Assembly: GCA_017994815.1 (NCBI GenBank)
Contig: JAGOJY010000008.1
Span: 44,449-108,448, forward strand
DNA length: 64,000 nt
DNA from: Acidobacteriota bacterium
Lineage (GTDB): Bacteria; Acidobacteriota; Polarisedimenticolia; J045
Reading direction: 5' to 3'
Position numbers and translations under genes: made by a program. This document shows positions 60,781 through 64,000 of this stretch, one piece after another (positions within the stretch are counted from its first letter, which is position 1; each line of letters starts with the position of its first letter). The notes beneath the pieces were generated by a model. It was not told the DNA's origin. It saw only the letters and a program-made list of their open reading frames with translations, and ran no database searches.

Positions 60781-63700
60781 TCACGGTCCTTCCTGGCCGC
60801 AGGCGTTGATGCCTTTCGCGAAGTAGAAGTACGTCTCGGCGTTGGCCCCGGAGCCGAGGTCGTCGAACCAGGTCGTCGCGCTCTCGCCGAGCACGCCGAA
60901 CGTGCCGGGCTCGGGGCTGGGCGAGCGGTACACGCGGTACCGGCTGGCCTCGGTGACGGGATCCCACCCGATGCGGACGTGCGCCGCGGCGACGAGACCC
61001 ACCTGCAGCGGGCCGACCTGGTCCGGCAGCGGACGGGTCGTCGTCTCGCGCACGTCGACGTACACGGTGTTGCCGTCGGTGCGTCCGTGGTTGTTGGGCC
61101 CGGTCGAGCACGTCTCGTCGGACTCGGCGCGGACGAGGTAGTACAGCTGGCCCGCCGGGGCGGTGGCGTCGTTGTAGGACAGCGTCGTGACGCCCATCGC
61201 GACCCGGTGCGCGGTGTCGGCGGGGAACCCCGGCGCGGTGCCGCGGTACACGGCGTACGTACCGCCCCCGCCGCTGCCCCACGCCGCCGCGCGGTCCCAC
61301 GAAACGGTCACGCCGTTCGCGCCGCAGGCATTGTTGTCCACGGCCGAGCGGGCGCCGGCGAACGACGGCGTGCCGGCGCACGTCGCGCACGCGGCGTAGT
61401 CCGGCTTCGTCCCGTCCTTGAAGATGATGTCGTCCACGTTCCAGCCGGAACAGCTGCCACCCGCGTCGGACTCCTGCTGGAACTCGAGGAACACGCGCTG
61501 CTGCCCGTCGACGTACTGCGCGACGTCCCAGCTCTGGTACTGGAACGAGGTCTCGCGCACGTTCTCGTCGCGGTACAGCGGCCGGCCCTGCTGCGTCCAG
61601 AGCCACAGCGACGCGAAGTCGTTCTGCGCGGTGTTGATCTGGTGGTACAGGATCAGCTTGGTGTTTTGCCACGAGCTCGGGTTCTGCTGCGGCATGCGGG
61701 CCTTCTGGTTCGTGTTCGGCTCGTAGCCGCCGGGCGTCCCGCCGGTGCCGGTCAGGTCGTACCCGAGGACGTTGCGGTTGTTGTACGCCGCCGCCGGGTC
61801 CGCCGCGCAGCTTCCGCCCTGCAGTCCCTTCGGCTCGCCGACCTGCCACTCGCCGCCGAGCGTCCAGCCGGGCGCGCCGTCCTCGAACGTCGCCCGCCAG
61901 TACAGCCCGGGGATGTCGGCGGTGGTGACGGTGTGCGGCGCGCCGGATTGGTCGCTGACGACCTCGTTGCCAAACTGGTCCACCGTGCGCACGCGGAAGT
62001 AGAGCTGCTGGCAGATGTCGAACTGGTTCAGCACGACCGAGTGGTTCGTGGTCAGGGCCGCGAGGTGCGCCACCTGGCCCAGCGCGGGCGTGGTGCCCCA
62101 CTCGATCGTCGTGTCGCCGGGTTCCGCGGTCGTGAAGTTGATCGTCACGCGGGCGCTCGTGATCGCGTCGACGCGCAGGTTGGTGATCTGAGGCCCGTTG
62201 CAGTCGAGGTTGGCGGTGTCGAACGAGATCGCCGAGGCGCCCGTCCCGTCGTCGCCGTCGAGGTAGGTGACGGTCAGGACGTCGCCGTGCGCGACCTGCA
62301 GCACGCCGTCGGGGACCGGCGCTCCGGCCGCGGTCGCGATCGCGCCGGTGAACACGGAGCTGTTCGGCCCGCTCTCGGTCAGCGTGACCAGCTCCGCCAC
62401 GGGCTCGCTCGTGCTGCTGACGAGCACGACGACGGTCTCGGCGAGCGTCGGGTTGACGTTGATGTCCATGTCTACGAGGCGGAACGTCGCGCTGTCGTGG
62501 CAGAAGTAGGTCGGTTCCTCGGCGCTGACGCGGCCGGCGTGGCACGGCTGCAGGCCGCTGCCGAAGTTGCCCAGCGTCTCGAAGTGGTAGTACGCGCCGC
62601 CGTTGTCGGCGAGGGCGACGTTGCCGGCCGGGTCGGCGGAGCGAACCTGGTAGTAGTACACCGTGCAGGACGTCAGCCCGGTCAGGTCGACGGTGTGCTG
62701 CGTGGTGCGCGCGGCGCCGGTCTTCGGTTGGTCCGGCGGGATCATCGGGCCCCAGATCGCCGTAGTGTCGGAAATCTCGTCGGTCGTCCACGAAATCGTT
62801 GCCCGGACGTCGGTGACGTTGGTCGTGCTCACGCCGTTGATGACCGGGAACACGCAGTCGGCGGTCGCGTTGTCCTGCGTCACGACATTGATCCCGCCGA
62901 TTCCGTCGTCGGCATCCACGTACTCGGCCAGCATCGCGTCGCCGTTGAGGATCGTGAGCAACCCGTCGCCGTGGACCGCGGCGTCGGCGGTGGAGTGGAT
63001 CGAGCCGACGTACTTCGCGGAGTTCGGCGCGGTCTCGGCGAGGACGACGGTTTCCGGCTGCGGCTCGCTGGCGGACCAGACCGTCACGACGAGCGTCGGG
63101 GCACCGACGTTGGCGTCGGTGACCTTCAGCGTGACGTCGTTGGAGCAGCCGTAGGTGTCCTGCTGGAACCGCACGCGGCCGGCCAGCGGCTGCGGCGCGG
63201 CGCTGATGCAGTCGGAGACCGCGGACTGGCAGGCCTCGTTGGCGCCGATCGCCTGCACGCGGTAGTTCACCGGGAAGTCGTTCGACAGCTCGTCGTCGGC
63301 GAACGTCGTCGCCGGGGCGTCGACCCGGCCGACGATGTTCTGCGAGCGGTCGCAGCCGGTGTCGTTGCGCAGCACCAGGTACGAAGCGGCGTTCGGCACC
63401 GCCGGCCAGCTCAGCTCGACCGCGTTGCTGATCGCGCGCGTCGTGACCACCGGCTTGGCCAGGGCCGGGCACGAATTGGTGTTCTGGTTCGAGGCGTCGG
63501 CGGCCGACCCGCAGGCGATCTTGTGCCGGTTGAAGGCGGCGAAGATCGCGGCGGCGTGCGGCGTACCGTTGGCGAGGTTGGCGTCGTCGTCGTCGATCAG
63601 GCGCAACTTGTGGAACCAGGCGCCCGTGCCGCAGCCGTCGGAATTCGGCAGCGAGCAGTTGTAGGCGTTGCCGCCCGAGCCCTTGCGCGACTTCATGAAC

Positions 63701-64000
63701 AGCCGCTCGGCGAGCTGGAACGCCGAGGCCTGGTCCATCATCGTCGGCAGGTCGCGCGTGGCGAGGTCCCACATCGCCTCGCCGGCGACGTAGCTCTCGC
63801 AGTGCTCTTCCTTGCCGCACGGGCCGCCGCCGCCGCCGCAGTAGCTCTGCAGGAAGCCGGCCGGCGTGGCCGGCGTGTGGTCCTCGCGCATGTCCCAGTC
63901 CTGCTCGCGGATCCCGGTGCACTCCAGGCAGGCGTCGCCGTAGCCGTCGCAGGGGTGGTCGGTGTAGAACCCGCGGCCGACACAGGACTCGCGCAGAGCG
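60781..64000 (-). CDS. paralogous giant secreted protein with a different, Cys-rich metalloprotease-like head (N-terminus outside the window)
   Basis: Track ORF 60781..63891. Hand translation shows the frame stays open to 63999 (ALRESCVGRGFYTDHPCDGYGDACLECTGIREQDWDM...). The C-terminal region of about 760 aa is collinear with the neighbouring gene and also ends in ACGQEGP. Confidence 0.8.
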   Translation of the reverse strand, partial: ALRESCVGRGFYTDHPCDGYGDACLECTGIREQDWDMREDHTPATPAGFLQSYCGGGGGPCGKEEHCESYVAGEAMWDLATRDLPTMMDQASAFQLAERLFMKSRKGSGGNAYNCSLPNSDGCGTGAWFHKLRLIDDDDANLANGTPHAAAIFAAFNRHKIACGSAADASNQNTNSCPALAKPVVTTRAISNAVELSWPAVPNAASYLVLRNDTGCDRSQNIVGRVDAPATTFADDELSNDFPVNYRVQAIGANEACQSAVSDCISAAPQPLAGRVRFQQDTYGCSNDVTLKVTDANVGAPTLVVTVWSASEPQPETVVLAETAPNSAKYVGSIHSTADAAVHGDGLLTILNGDAMLAEYVDADDGIGGINVVTQDNATADCVFPVINGVSTTNVTDVRATISWTTDEISDTTAIWGPMIPPDQPKTGAARTTQHTVDLTGLTSCTVYYYQVRSADPAGNVALADNGGAYYHFETLGNFGSGLQPCHAGRVSAEEPTYFCHDSATFRLVDMDINVNPTLAETVVVLVSSTSEPVAELVTLTESGPNSSVFTGAIATAAGAPVPDGVLQVAHGDVLTVTYLDGDDGTGASAISFDTANLDCNGPQITNLRVDAITSARVTINFTTAEPGDTTIEWGTTPALGQVAHLAALTTNHSVVLNQFDICQQLYFRVRTVDQFGNEVVSDQSGAPHTVTTADIPGLYWRATFEDGAPGWTLGGEWQVGEPKGLQGGSCAADPAAAYNNRNVLGYDLTGTGGTPGGYEPNTNQKARMPQQNPSSWQNTKLILYHQINTAQNDFASLWLWTQQGRPLYRDENVRETSFQYQSWDVAQYVDGQQRVFLEFQQESDAGGSCSGWNVDDIIFKDGTKPDYAACATCAGTPSFAGARSAVDNNACGANGVTVSWDRAAAWGSGGGGTYAVYRGTAPGFPADTAHRVAMGVTTLSYNDATAPAGQLYYLVRAESDETCSTGPNNHGRTDGNTVYVDVRETTTRPLPDQVGPLQVGLVAAAHVRIGWDPVTEASRYRVYRSPSPEPGTFGVLGESATTWFDDLGSGANAETYFYFAKGINACGQEGP

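Noticed and set aside
56950-64000. Diversity-generating retroelement (template/variable repeat) as an explanation for the similar segments of the two giant genes.
   Set aside because: No reverse transcriptase or accessory gene lies in the window. The similarity spans the full homologous tails of about 2.3 kb rather than a short C-terminal variable region. I saw no adenine-specific mismatch pattern.
1-64000. Scan for CRISPR arrays, IS elements and integrases, tRNA/rRNA genes, in-frame TGA (selenocysteine) and obvious pseudogenes or frameshifts.
   Set aside because: None were recognised by eye. All intergenic gaps are shorter than about 380 nt, and no split genes were seen. This is a manual inspection only, so tRNAscan, Infernal and ISfinder-type searches would be needed to exclude small elements.

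Overview
Very GC-rich bacterial chromosomal segment (roughly 70 percent GC by eye, not computed). It is densely coding, with about 55 protein genes. I recognised no rRNA, tRNA, CRISPR array, IS element or integrase. All domain calls come from by-eye motif recognition on the supplied translations plus hand translation, and no database search was possible.

Gene content, left to right:
- A DUF6448-like gene with a coupled hypothetical gene.
- A CheB / CheB-CheR-PAS / PAS-kinase signalling module with no MCP, CheA or CheW.
- A secreted protein with 12 repeats of about 26 aa of the type LxDxxGNDxY.
- A GAF histidine kinase.
- A REC-hydC-hydB-hydA [FeFe]-hydrogenase operon.
- An M16 peptidase pair, then small housekeeping-type genes (methyltransferase, nucleotidyltransferase, metallophosphoesterase, CAP-domain protein, SlyD).
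- A tricorn-like protease and a divergent SHMT-family gene.
- A Thr-type sulfatase-like lipoprotein, a STAS protein, a DUF2284 protein and an orphan secreted helical protein.
- An FNR-type regulator with two FNR boxes, facing a nine-gene cbb3 oxidase and assembly cluster: cNMP-like domain, fused ccoNO, ccoQ, monoheme ccoP, ccoG, fixH, TauE-like, ccoI, ccoS.
- creD and a PHP histidinol phosphatase.
- A minus-strand run of a four-subunit 2-oxoacid:ferredoxin oxidoreductase, followed by a GlnE-like tandem nucleotidyltransferase, RmuC and a hemerythrin.
- An M29 aminopeptidase, a GYD protein, an EamA transporter and a ferredoxin-flavoprotein.
- A sulfatase-like TPR protein and a REC protein with a four-Cys tail.
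- Two tandem giant secreted paralogs with different protease heads.

The overall theme is an oxygen and redox switch: FNR, hemerythrin and high-affinity cbb3 oxidase sit next to O2-sensitive hydrogenase and OFOR.

Most unusual observations:
1. The hydrogenase H-cluster L1 motif reads TSCSP, with Ser at the position of a cluster-ligand Cys.
2. A translationally coupled GlnE-like / RmuC / hemerythrin triad.
3. The swapped-head giant paralogs, which contain a 70-nt identical island.
4. A stand-alone cNMP-like domain coupled to ccoNO behind duplicated FNR boxes.
5. 17 start/stop 4-nt overlaps (ATGA or GTGA), eight of them consecutive in the cco cluster.

I cannot claim any of these as a demonstrated new system. 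They are candidates with explicit tests.
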